64,000 nt of DNA from Octopus vulgaris (Eukaryota). Below, one piece after another: positions 12,249 to 23,326 of the stretch (its first letter is position 1; the number at the start of each line of letters is the position of its first letter). The stretch is from NCBI GenBank assembly GCA_951406725.2, contig OX597815.1, positions 202,802,001 through 202,866,000 of the forward strand, given 5' to 3'. Below the pieces are notes generated by a model, which made no database searches, was not told where the DNA came from, and saw only the letters and a program-made list of their open reading frames with translations. A program made the position numbers and the translations under genes.

Positions 12249-14546
12249 TTAGTATTCCTGGCCCAGGGTGTTTAAACTTGGTCTAAATTTTTTTATGAAA
12301 TATAGTTCTTTATTTTGGCGTTGTGTGAAGGTTGCGTTGTCACTGAATTTATAGAGCGGGTTAGTTGTAAATTTCGGATTTACATTTCCAGCACATCTAT
12401 CTATGTGTCCGCTGACCGGTATTTTGCGGTAATCAGGGTTTCTAATTTGTGATTTATGCACCGCCATCCTGTTACGTAAGCTATTTTTTGTATGGCCTAT
12501 ATACTGCCTATTGCAGCCTGCGCATGTTATGACGTAAATTAAGTTTTCTGATGCGCAGGTGAAGTTTGTTCTAATGGTGAACTGGTGGCCTTGTTCCAGT
12601 ATAAATTCTGATCCTTCTTTCAAGATGACACAGATTCCGCAGTTGGGCCTTCCACATTTTCTAACTGCTGGTTTTGTGGTTGATGTTGAGTGCAGTGTAG
12701 CTTGGGTTAAAATCCTTTTCAAGGATTTTGGTTGCCGTTTACTTTTAATGATGGTGTGTGTTTCGAGGATCCGGTTCATCTTTGGGTCTCCCTTTAGTAG
12801 GGCTGTGCTTTGTAGTATGGTGTTGAAGGCCTCATTGTTGAGTGGGTTGTGTGTAGAAATGTAGGGAAGGGTTTTTAATTGTTCTTTCTTTTTTGGTTTT
12901 GTTTGTCTCAGGTCTTCTATACTTAATTTAAGTACCCGTTGGATTGCACTGTCTATTAGGGGCTGTGGATAGTTTCTATTTGTGAGTGTGGTTCTAAGTT
13001 CCTGGAGACGTGTGTGTCGGGTGTTTGTGTCTGATATTATGGTGCAAATCCTTCTAGCTAAACAAAAAGGGACATTCATTCTAGTGTGTCGTGGGTGGAA
13101 TGAATCAAAGGGTAGGTACTGTTTAGAGTCTGTCGGTTTATAGTAGATATCTGTCTCTATTTTGTTGCCGGTTTTCTTAATGAGGATGTCTAAAAATGGT
13201 AATTCTTTTTCGTTGTGGTCCATCGTGAATTGTATATTGTCATTTATTCCATTTAATAGTATTTTAAATTCCTCAAGTTTCTCTATACCTTTGTCCCAGA
13301 TGATGAAACAGTCATCGAGGTATCTTTTCCTGTTGTTATGGATATAGGTGGCGAAGGGGTTTCCATATTTCTCGAGTGTCATCCGGTATAGTATTTTCTC
13401 GAGGTATCCCATCACTAGGTTGGCAAAAGATGGTGCAGTACGCGTGCCCATCGCTATTCCCGATCTTTGCCTGTAGAAATCATTGTCAAAAATAAAATAA
13501 TTGTTCTCTAAAATGAATCTAAGTCCTTCTATTATAAGGTCTTTGTTTATGCGAGTTGGGAGTTCAAAGGGGTAGTTATTCAGCCAGAAGGTGATCGCTT
13601 CTATTCCTAGGTTGTGAGGGATGTTAGAATAAAGATTAACTACGTCGAATGATACTAGAAGGGTTTTCTCATTGACTGTTTTAGGGAGGTGGTTGAGCAT
13701 ATCTATATCGTCTCTTACGTAGCTTTTGATGTGTTTTAGGAAAGGTTTAAGAAGTGTGTCTAAGAAATTGCTGAGGCGGTGAGTTTCACATGCTGGTCCT
13801 GCTATTATCGGTCTTAGTTTAAGATCATTTGGTGAAGGGATTTTGATGAGTGTGTCGGTGGATGTTTTGCACGTTTCTCTAATGGTTTGGCTTTTGTGTA
13901 CCTTAGGGATACCATAGAACAAACTCGATTTGCATTTGAAGTTAGTGATGTATTCATACTCCTTGTTCGTGAGTCCTTCTTGGTATGTGTTGATTAATGT
14001 CCTAAGGTTATGCATTATTTTTTGCTGGTTATACTGTTGGGCCCTTTCATAATACGTTTCATCTCTTAATAGGGATAGCACTAAATTTTTATAATTGTTT
14101 GTATTCATTATTACTATCGCGTTGCCCTTATCTGCCTCCTTAATTGTTATTGTTTTGTCTTCTCTTAGTTTGATGAGGTCGTTCCATTCTCTTTTGTTGA
14201 AGTTAGGGCTGTGTTTTTGTTTCTTGATGAATTGAAACGGGAAATTAGTTATGTAGTCACAATAGCGGTCTAAGGCTTTATTCTTACCTTTGGTGGGGGT
14301 GTAATTGCTCTTGTTTCTAGCTATTGAGTCCTCCTCTATTTGTTTGTCTTGAAATGCCTCGGTGAGTCTTAGTTTTCTGCAAAATTCCGAAATATCATCT
14401 TTCATTTCATAGTAATTAGAACGTTGTGGGGTGGGTGTAAATTTAAGTCCTCTGGAGAGTATGCTTATTTCGTTAGGTGTAAGTTCTTTGTTTGAGAGAT
14501 TGATTATCTTAATTACCTGAGGTTTCTTTTGTTTGTCCTTTGCCAT
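12249..14546 (-). CDS. PLE reverse transcriptase + GIY-YIG endonuclease (765 aa)
   Basis: N-terminal INLS..LT..E..ILSRGLKF.P, ADKGN, FYGIPKVHK, LRPII, SFDVVNLYSNIP, GIAMGT..AP, RYLDD, LPFLDI, YYKPT; CGRPNCGIC linker; LIYVITC..C..QYIG.T..LRNRM..H. Confidence 0.97.
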   Translation of the reverse strand: MAKDKQKKPQVIKIINLSNKELTPNEISILSRGLKFTPTPQRSNYYEMKDDISEFCRKLRLTEAFQDKQIEEDSIARNKSNYTPTKGKNKALDRYCDYITNFPFQFIKKQKHSPNFNKREWNDLIKLREDKTITIKEADKGNAIVIMNTNNYKNLVLSLLRDETYYERAQQYNQQKIMHNLRTLINTYQEGLTNKEYEYITNFKCKSSLFYGIPKVHKSQTIRETCKTSTDTLIKIPSPNDLKLRPIIAGPACETHRLSNFLDTLLKPFLKHIKSYVRDDIDMLNHLPKTVNEKTLLVSFDVVNLYSNIPHNLGIEAITFWLNNYPFELPTRINKDLIIEGLRFILENNYFIFDNDFYRQRSGIAMGTRTAPSFANLVMGYLEKILYRMTLEKYGNPFATYIHNNRKRYLDDCFIIWDKGIEKLEEFKILLNGINDNIQFTMDHNEKELPFLDILIKKTGNKIETDIYYKPTDSKQYLPFDSFHPRHTRMNVPFCLARRICTIISDTNTRHTRLQELRTTLTNRNYPQPLIDSAIQRVLKLSIEDLRQTKPKKKEQLKTLPYISTHNPLNNEAFNTILQSTALLKGDPKMNRILETHTIIKSKRQPKSLKRILTQATLHSTSTTKPAVRKCGRPNCGICVILKEGSEFILEQGHQFTIRTNFTCASENLIYVITCAGCNRQYIGHTKNSLRNRMAVHKSQIRNPDYRKIPVSGHIDRCAGNVNPKFTTNPLYKFSDNATFTQRQNKELYFIKKFRPSLNTLGQEY

Positions 14547-15913
14547 CGTGTGTCCCTGTTCCTGTGTGTGGGGTCTAAAAAATGGTTGGTGTAGTTATGT
14601 TCAAAGCTATTATTTATCTGTATCATGTTGTTATAATTGTCAGAGTGAGTTTGTGGTGCTCTGTTCTGGAGTCTGTTGTTGAACCTAGTGTTCCGTCTTA
14701 GTTCCTCAGGTATATTGTGTTGGTAGTTGTTTCCTCCGTAGTGCATTTGTTGTTTGTTATGGTTGTATGGTTGGTTCCTGGGGTGGATGTTTGGTAGTAG
14801 CGTTTTGGTTTGGTTATGTGGGTTGTATTTTATAGTATTGTATGTTGTGGCTCTTAGGTTCGTGGAATGGTGTGGTGGGACCCTATAAGTGTTTTGGGGT
14901 TGGTGTAGGTAGTGTGGGGTGCGTTTTAAATGCATTTTTCTGGTGTAGAGTGTGTTTGGATTTCTTGGTGGTTGTTCTGCTCTGTTGGTATGTCTATTTT
15001 CGAACTGGTGTGGTGGGCTTCTGTAGGTGTTTTGGGGTTGTTGTAGGTAGTGTGGGGTGTGTTTTAGGTGTACTTTTCTGGTGTAGAGTGTGGTAGGATT
15101 TCTTGGTGGTTGTTCCGTTCTGTTGGTATTTGGTTTTGATTTGCTTAATTTTATGAAGGGGTTGTTGGATATGTGTTAGTTTTTGAAGTTGGTTTCATAA
15201 TCTAGAAACCAGATGGCGCTCTTTTCCCATCGTTGGAGAGACTTAAGTTCCTCTTTTTCACATTCTTCATTCCATAGTGCTGGTAATGTTTCAGTATTGT
15301 TGTCGTCTATTAGTTTGATGACTTCTTCGTTGATTTCCTCGTCTATGGTTTTTACTTTTTCTTCATTCGTTTTAGCTCTCAGCTTAAGTAGTTCTATTTC
15401 CATCTTCATTTTTTCTAATGACATTTTTTCTCTAAGTTTTCTTTGTTCTTCTGGTTCTTCCGAGATGGGTTTGATTTGTAATTTACGGGGTATGACTAGG
15501 GGTGTTGAGTCTAGCCATTTTTGGTAAATCTCTGCTTTATTCTGATTTTGTATCATTTTCCAAAAAGCGAATTTTCTGTTTCGCTGTAGTGTTCTCCATT
15601 GGGGGAGGACTTGGTTCTTTATTTGTAACGTTGAAGTTGCTCGGTTCTTCTCATGTGTTCCTTCTTTTTGTTGCTCTTGTTTCGTAAAGTTTGTGAAGAA
15701 TGTCGTCATTGTATCGCATAGATTTTCAACTTTATCGAATGTTTCGGAGGGTGTTTTATTCGATTCGGTTTCCTCGTTAGTTTGTGTAGAAGGTCGAGGT
15801 GTTAAGTTGAGTTTGTTTAACACTGCTGTTAGGTTTGAATTTATGCTTTTCAATTCTTTCAGTATCTCTTCATTTATTGAGGAGATGTCGTTGGTGTCTT
15901 TTTTAGCAGGCAT
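14513..15913 (-). CDS. PLE ORF1: coiled-coil N-half plus N/Q/H/P-rich C-half, interrupted by one TAA at 15176-15178
   Basis: Track ORFs 15176-15913 and 14513-14935 share a frame, and my hand translation of 15175-14936 has no stop; heptad-like E/K/L segments; overlaps the RT ORF. Confidence 0.75.
14576..14582 (-). other. Candidate -1 programmed ribosomal frameshift site U_UUU_UUA
   Basis: ORF1 reads CAT TTT TTA GAC; the -1 frame continues AGA CCC CAC ACA CAG GAA CAG GGA CAC ACG ATG GCA into the RT ORF. Confidence 0.6.
14860..15130 (-). repeat. 138-bp (46-aa) in-frame tandem duplication in ORF1
   Basis: TNRTEQPPRNPTTLYTRKVHLKHTPHYLQQPQNTYRSPPH followed by TNRAEQPPRNPNTLYTRKMHLKRTPHYLHQPQNTYRVPPH. 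Confidence 0.9.
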
Positions 15914-15937
15914 TTTCGGGAGCTCGTACGTGATATG

Positions 15938-16489
15938 ATATTTATAATAGGATTAGCTCGTATACGAGTAGGTATATATTTGTAAAAAATGAAGTTCGAA
16001 AATGCTGCTGTATTATACAATTTTTAATTTTTATATATATACATTATAACATGTTTCAGTTCCTGAAATGAACTTAATCAAAAAAAGTTATTTATAAAAA
16101 AAGACAGCTCATGCCGTCAAACACAAGAAATTCATTTATAATACACAACGGAGTCAGACATCTTAGAGTTCATGTATAGTTGATATATAGTTCATGTATA
16201 GTTGATATATAGTTTGAAGTATATGTTCAAAGTGTTCGATGCAGTGGCCCACGGTGGCGATACGTATTCAATACAAAAAACAGATCAAAGTGGTGGAAAG
16301 CGGTCAATACAGAAGATTGATGTTTCCGAAAGAGCGAGGAATTCATTTTTACCTTAAGCAAATGTGATGACCCATGGTGGATGTTCGCTGGGTGGTTCTA
16401 ATGAGTTTTTGTGAAGTGTTCGGTTTTATAATGCCTGTTAGGTGGTCAATTCAGCGTAGCGTGACGTCATCAACGTTTTGACCAATCGT
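15938..16489 (-). repeat. 5' pseudo-LTR of the PLE
   Basis: Direct repeat of 11128-11679; ends about 25 nt before the ORF1 ATG. Confidence 0.95.
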
Positions 16490-16720
16490 ATATATCAACT
16501 ATACATGAACTATATATCAACTATACATGAACTCTAAGATGTCTGACTCCGTTGTGTATTATAAATGAATTTCTTGTGTTTGACGGCATGAGCTGTCTTT
16601 GTTTATATATAACTTTTTTTGATAAAGTTCATTTCAGGAACTGAAACATGTTATAATGTATATATATAAAAATTAAAAATTGTATAATACAGCAGCATTT
16701 TCGAACTTCATTTTTTACAA

Positions 16721-16724
<4 letters not shown>
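16490..16724 (+). repeat. Inverted partial pseudo-LTR
   Basis: Reverse complement of ~15976-16210; contains the variant hammerhead at ~16612-16660. Confidence 0.9.
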
Positions 16725-16751
<27 letters not shown>

Positions 16752-17195
16752 CTAGTTGAGGATGCCGTTATTGCCGGGCAATTTTCACAATAGATTGCCT
16801 TGGCGGATTTCGGAATAGCACACCCACATATATTAGATTTCGTTCATTTTGACAGGAATTTTAACATCTTTCTTATTTTTTATCACCACAGATTTGAAAA
16901 TGATGGAGAAAAACATTCTATGAAAAAATATGCTTGGAAATTTATGATTCCCAGTCCCACTTCCCGACCCGTTTTGTCCAATTTTTATTTTGTCCTATGT
17001 ACTTACAAACAATGGGAGACGCCCTTTCGGTAAAAGATGAAAATTAAAAATTAGAAAATTTATGAGTTTTTCAAACACCATCCACCACTTAATACCGCTT
17101 TTGGCTAATTTTTTTTTTGCACGTCGCCCTCATGAAATTCCCAACACACATGCGTACACACACTGACAAACTCTCACACAGTGTGAACGATTTTA
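16752..17195 (-). mobile_element. Non-autonomous Helitron-like element
   Basis: Minus strand ends CCCGGCAATAACGGCATCCTCAACTAG|T (hairpin + CTAG); 5' boundary uncertain. Confidence 0.45.
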
Positions 17196-17199
17196 TGGT

Positions 17200-17790
17200 T
17201 CATTTACGCACAATGAATGAAACTGGACTCCATAATTATGACCTCTAGAACAAGCAGCAATCAAGGAAGTGGTGTCACAGCGGTTCACCACATCACAGAA
17301 TGTTTCGGATCCGGAAGTCAACTAAAAAGATGCTGACTTCAGTGTTCTGTAACAAAGTCGGAGTGCTGCTCATAAAATACCTATCAAAGGGTCACACTAT
17401 CAACGTAGAATACTACACACCTCTGTTGGACGAACTGCGAGAAGCTGTGAAGCAGAAACTCCGTAGAAAGCTGAGCCGTAACGTCCTGTTTTTGCAGGAC
17501 TGTTCACCAGCACACACAGCACTTGAAACTCTACGGAAAATACACGATTTTGTTTTCCAAATGGTAGACCACCCACTTTAATCTCCTGACTTGTATCCCT
17601 CTGACTATCACCTCTTCCCACGACTGAGGAAACATCCCAAGGGAAAGAAATTTCACTCCGCTTCGGAAGTGATCGCTGTTACAAAGATCTGGTTGAAGGC
17701 CCGACCTTCCGAGTTTTTTTACAAGGCTTAGAAAAACTGAAGGACCACTGCAATAAGTTTGTGAATCTGAGAAAGAAATATGTTCAATAA
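17200..17790 (+). pseudogene. Mariner (DD34D) transposase remnant
   Basis: KKMLTSVF...GHTINVEYY...LREAVKQK...VLFLQDCSPAHTA...HPL*SPDLYPSDYHLFP.L. Confidence 0.88.
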
Positions 17791-18111
17791 GACAACCTCA
17801 CACATAGTCGACTACAATCCAGATTCTGGCTAACCACATCGAATTATATGAAATTGTTTAAGGTAAGAAATTACACAGTATTTCACTCGATGGGGAGATT
17901 CCTAGTTTTTAAGAAACTTTTTCTGTTCATTTCAGTTCCTACTCCCTTAATTACTCTTAATCTATCAATATAACCTGAAAATTCTTCTATTAGTATCTTG
18001 CGTGGCATATGGGCGAAAATATCCTGACTCAGTTACTGTTTCTCTAACTACTAATCTCATTGAAAAGCTATTCCCCTTAAAACTTTAACGCCACTCTAGG
18101 TTTAAATGATA

Positions 18112-18331
18112 TATTTCTTCCTTTATTGCCCACAAGGGGCTAAACATAGAGGGGACAGACAAAAGGATTAAGTCAATTACATAGACTCCAGTGCGTACTT
18201 AATTTATCGACCCCGAAAGGATGAAAGGCAAAGTTAACCTCGGCGGAATGTGAACTCACAACGTAACGGCAGACGAAATGCGGCTACGCATTTCGCCCGG
18301 CGTGCTAACGTTTCTGCCAACTCGCCGCCTT
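18112..18331 (-). mobile_element. tRNA-like SINE, family B, with 15-bp TSD
   Basis: Head GGCGGCGAGTTGGCAGAAACGTTAG, core GCCTTTCATCCTTTCGGGGTCGATAAA, tail AATAAAG; TSD TAGGTTTAAATGATA at 18097-18111 and 18332-18346. Confidence 0.9.
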
Positions 18332-18997
18332 TAGGTTTAAATGATAATAGACCTCATTGCTATATCGTATTTCACAACAACCTCTCCTATCTTCTACACT
18401 AAACACACACATCCTCCACCTAAATTGTACCTAGGATAAGTCCATCAATTCACTTCAAAACCTCGTAGCAGTAGCACCTTGGAGAAACCTAAATCGACAC
18501 GTACACCCAGGATGGACTTATAAGCAATTGAACCAACGGGCTGCAACTGGATACAAAATCTTAGAATATCTATGCAGTAGAAACACGTGTCGGACAAAAA
18601 TTTAATAAACAAGATTTTGAGGATGTAAAATTCTCCATTCTTACTTTTAATATGCAGTACACATAAATATACAAACAAACACACATACTCACAAACACAT
18701 AAACACATACATTAGTAACTTTAAAGGCAATATTCGTGAGGAAGTTCCGACCCACAGCTGCTGCTGGATCATATTCATTTATAAGATAATTAATTCAATG
18801 TTATGAGACTGAAAACTCTGGTAAACTGCAGCTGTTGCCACTACCCAGAAACAAATATTTATTTTGTAGTTAAAACCTGTTTATTCTATCTTTTTCTTCA
18901 ATATATATATATATATATATACATATATATAGATGCGCTTGTGCGTATGAATATATATATGTATATATATTTATATATATTATATATGTATATATGT

Positions 18998-19067
<70 letters not shown>

Positions 19068-19824
19068 TCAAATAAGTGGCAGTCCAAATGTACCAAGGAC
19101 TGCGACTCTAGAATTGGACTGTTCAGTCACAGCAGACGCTGCACATCATCAAAGTAGGCCCCACCCTTGGCGCATCCCATTGTCTATCAAGACAGACGGG
19201 GAGAGGAGGAGGATATATATATATATATATATATACAATTCAAATAAGAAACGAGAATTATACATCTACAGAGGTTTTATTATTACAGTCACTTATGAAG
19301 CGTATTCGCTTTGAAACTCTTTCCGAGATATGTTTCTGCTGCACGGATACCTTGCAACTGTATTTCCATTTGCATCTTGTTTGTTCATTTGCATCAAGAT
19401 TTCATTCCGGTTAAAAACGTGTCAATGTGTTGATACTATTAAAGCTTGAAGCCAACTGGAATATTATTGTTTAGATAATCTTACATTTTAGTAGGGTACG
19501 ATTAGTGTTGAAGGCTAATAATAAAGGAGGAAGTAGTTAGAAACATGATATGGCTATAAAGTCCGCTATTAAATCGACTCTGGGATGACTCTAAGATTTG
19601 AATATGGAATCATGAATGTTCGATATTAATATAGGTCAAAATGTTTTGTCCACTAGATTTAAGATAATCTCAGCGTTTATCTGGTAATGAGCTAGCAAAA
19701 TCTTTAGTACGCTGGAATAAATGCTTTGCTATATTTGTTTTCGGGTTGATGCCAATTATTCGGGTTGACTTTCTTCACTTAAAATACTGGCCTTATGATA
19801 GGTGAGAATTATATTTGTGCGTGC

Positions 19825-19898
<74 letters not shown>

Positions 19899-19940
19899 AT
19901 GTGTGTGTGTGTGTGTGTGAATGTAGACAGCTAGACAGGC

Positions 19941-20043
<103 letters not shown>

Positions 20044-20096
20044 CAGAGAGACAGACAGACAGAGAGACAGACAGACAGATAGAGAGATAGATAGAT

Positions 20097-20462
20097 ATGT
20101 TTCTTTATTGGTCACACAGGGCTGACCACAGGGGGTACAAAATACAAAGTAGAGCTTTTCTTTTTGGGATGGAAAGAAAAAAGCGGGGTGGGTTAGGATC
20201 GTGGAAAAAAAAAGGTGAGGAAGCCGATCAATAGGGATCGTGTATCACAGAAATGTCATAGTGCAAAATGGGGAACAGATTAGGTTTATCCGTGGAAAGA
20301 AAAGCCTACGGAAAAGAGCACGGTAACCTTGGGCAATAATGTCAGTGACTTTCTTTTTTCCTTTTTTCTTCTGGTTCATAGGATTATGCTCAAGGTGGCT
20401 GCGTCATTCACGCGTGCCATCCTTGCTATATTCACCCATCTTTTTTTTTTTAAACATTCACT
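20097..20462 (-). mobile_element. 3' end of an L1/Tx1-type LINE inserted in (GATA)n
   Basis: Minus strand ...KRWVNIARMARVNDAATLSIIL*, then a pyrimidine-rich UTR ending CCAATAAAGAAAC; (GATA)n on both sides. Confidence 0.55.
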
Positions 20463-22139
20463 ATAGATAGATAGATAGAGAGATAGAGAGATAGAGAGAT
20501 AGATAGACAGACAGACAGCTAGATAAACACACCATCTTCATAAACCCACTGCCCAGTAGTGTCATACACAGACACAAACATATAAACAGTCATAGCAGCG
20601 TCACATACACCCGTTGATGCATATACACAAACGCGTAGAAACGTTCAATTCCTCCTCCACTAAACCTGGTATACGCTCTTTGCTGTTATTTTATCTCATT
20701 TTTGTGTTTGTATTCTATTTTCCAACTATGTGACCGCGCGCACGCGTGTGTAAGCGTGTGTGTGTGTATAATATGATAGACAGAAGAAGAGTAAATGTAT
20801 GAATTATTGCGTGTTGTGTATTTCGTAGTATCTCAGTATTTTAATGATATGCGTTGTCTGTTGTTCAGGAGTTCAGAATATGTAGAATAAATTAATTTTT
20901 TTCAGATTTCGCAAATGACAACAGTTGCGAATTCATATTGGTTCAACTGATTAAAAGAAGAAAAAAAAAACGCTTGTATTTGACATTTTTAATAAATATG
21001 GAAGGATTCAATTTATTAATCCCGTCTGGTTTCTAACTCCCTAAAGTCATAATCGATTTGGTGAGGATTTTTCTTTATAGAACGGTTTTCTAACGTTCAT
21101 GTGAATAATTACAATACAACCGATCGTTAAGTTATAAGAGTTAATGATCTTTAGTAGGCACTTAATAATTTTAATGTTTTAACACAGCTTATGCTTTGCA
21201 TTATAAATAAATAAAACAAAAAATGAAAATCTCTATGAATATAGAATAACTATTAAAAAAACTGAGATGTAATGTTATATTACAAATATTCTTTTATTAT
21301 AGAAATATTTTTGTCATCCAACTATTCTACTTGATCGCATTATAGCTTTATATTTGCTGACATGACAAAAAATCATTAACAACTAGATTTTGCTTGTGTT
21401 TGTTAATCCCACATGACAACCAATTGAATGAGTGATATCGACTTTACTTAAAATGTTGACGTTTTAAGTAGGTTTCTGATAACATCAGTTCGGACACTAT
21501 TTAATTTTGCTTGCCTCAATACTAGGTGGCGCTGATGTGAGTAGTAAAGGGGGAATCAATAAAATGGTATGTTTTTAAACAGATCTCGGTTCTGTTTTCG
21601 AATAAAACGCATTGTGATCTTTTACTTTTACAATTTACATCTCATGACAGTTGTTTTCATTCGAGTTAATAAATGATTTCTAACGCAGGCTCAAGGTTAG
21701 ATGCTTATTGGGAGAGTAATAATCAATTGTATCAAACCCAACACTTAAGTGGTGCGTTATTTTATCGACTCCTTAAGAGTGAAGACGAAATCGACGTCAC
21801 AAGAATTTGAGAGTAAAGAGTAAATATTTGAAACAAATGATACAGGGGAGTCTTCATGATATTTCAATGATTCTGTCATCTATCGATCTTCAGTAGATAT
21901 CAACAACCGAATTGGCAGGATATTTAAGGCATCAGATCATCACTGCTTTGATTTATTTCTTCCAGTTATCTGCACTCTAAGTTCAAATCAGGCTGAGTTC
22001 AATCCTGTCATTTTATTCACCTGGAATCAAATTGACGATCTTGCGATCGTGAACCGAGTAGTCTAACAATTAGCTACGTGCCTTCACGAGATGAGTCTGG
22101 AGGAAGTATCACTAATAACTCTGCAGAAAGGAAGAAGAC

Positions 22140-22508
22140 TTGAGCAAGAGGCTCTTTTCATAGAAATAATATACTGCAGGACCCACCTTAGCCATGTGTT
22201 GAGAGAATTTTTTTGGAGTGTGGTTAATTTACCTTTGGAAACATGAGTGTTTCGTTCAACATCCTCAAACAAACCTTATTCAGGGACCTTTTGCGCGGAA
22301 TGCGCTACTTGACTTGAAGAAAATTCTAACTGGGCCCCACCTGCAAGTTCATGCGCTGTTTATCTTTACATGAGATCACTATGTCGCGCACATATGGTTG
22401 TGATTGCATGTGCCTGGTGTAGCCTTATCAGGCAGGTATACTGGGTATACTGGGCTTCGTATATTTTGCCCCAGTGTTACTTTGACGGCATGCGCTGCTC
22501 CCTCACTC
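22140..22508 (+). mobile_element. Repeat family D copy (probable R4/Dong-associated 3' UTR or non-autonomous element)
   Basis: Homologous to 23560-23907 and 24320-24575; ends CACTCA followed by (GAT)n(AAT)n. Confidence 0.7.
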
Positions 22509-22566
22509 AGTAATGATGATGACGATGATGATGATGATGATGATGATGATGACGATGATGATGATG

Positions 22567-22620
<54 letters not shown>

Positions 22621-23326
22621 GAAATATTACAAGTAACTGCAGAATATGTGGAGATGGACAAGAAACAATAGATCATATTATCTCTAGCTGCCCAGTCCTG
22701 GCTAAGAAGGAATATATTCACAGACATGACAGAGTTGGAACCTACATACATTGGAAGCTATGCCATCATTATGGAATAACAACAGAAAAAATATGGTATA
22801 GGCACACACCAGAAAAGGTCACAGAAAACGAGAAAGCAACCATACTCTGGGATATGCCGATACACACAGATAGAGAAATTAAGGCCAACAGACCAGATAT
22901 AGTTGTCAGAGATCATGAAGAAAAAAAATGCTTTCTAATTGATGTATCAATACCGGCAGATGACAACGTGTCTCTAAAAGAAATGGAGAAACTCTCAAAA
23001 TACAAAGACCTGGAAATAGAGGTAACTAGAATGTGGAACCTGAAAACAGAAACAATTCCTATCATAGTAGGTGCATTAGGCATGATAAAAAAATATTCAG
23101 ACAAATACATAACAAAAACACCAGGACTTACAAACACATATAACATACAGAAAATTGCACTACTAGGCACTGCACACATCCTACGCAGAACACTTTCCAT
23201 ACAATAACCATCAGAGCATCACAACAAATCACAGCACATACCCAAGGCACACAGAGCTGCGCTCGGTAGTGAAGTGAAAGCACGCTATAAAAATAAAACT
23301 ACTGAATAATAATAATAATAATAATA
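22621..23326 (+). mobile_element. 5'-truncated R4/Dong-clade non-LTR retrotransposon (CCHC knuckle + RLE endonuclease, 3' UTR)
   Basis: CRICGDGQETIDHIISSC, YIHRHD, ILWD...RPDIV...LIDVSIP...EKLSKY; stop at 23207; flanked by (AAT)n on both sides. Confidence 0.92.

Larger units (their letters stand above)
11128..16724 (-). mobile_element. Near-intact Penelope-like element (EN+, Neptune/Naiad-like Cys linker) with direct pseudo-LTRs and inverted 5' arm
   Basis: RT + GIY-YIG ORF; 552-bp direct repeats 11128-11679 and 15938-16489; inverted copy 16490-16724; (TA)n on both flanks. Confidence 0.95.

Noticed and set aside
12249-14546. Selenoprotein-type (UGA/SECIS) Naiad recoding
   Set aside because: No in-frame TGA in the RT ORF, and the ORF1 interruption is TAA
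15176-15185. Second frameshift at C_AAA_AAC just before the ORF1 TAA
   Set aside because: Non-canonical heptamer, and the -1 frame closes within about 10 codons
18575-18600. Hammerhead 3' half GAAACACGTGTC
   Set aside because: No upstream CTGANGA or stem II visible
22404-22620. N-terminal part of the 267-aa ORF
   Set aside because: Chance in-frame fusion of repeat D and a microsatellite to the Dong fragment
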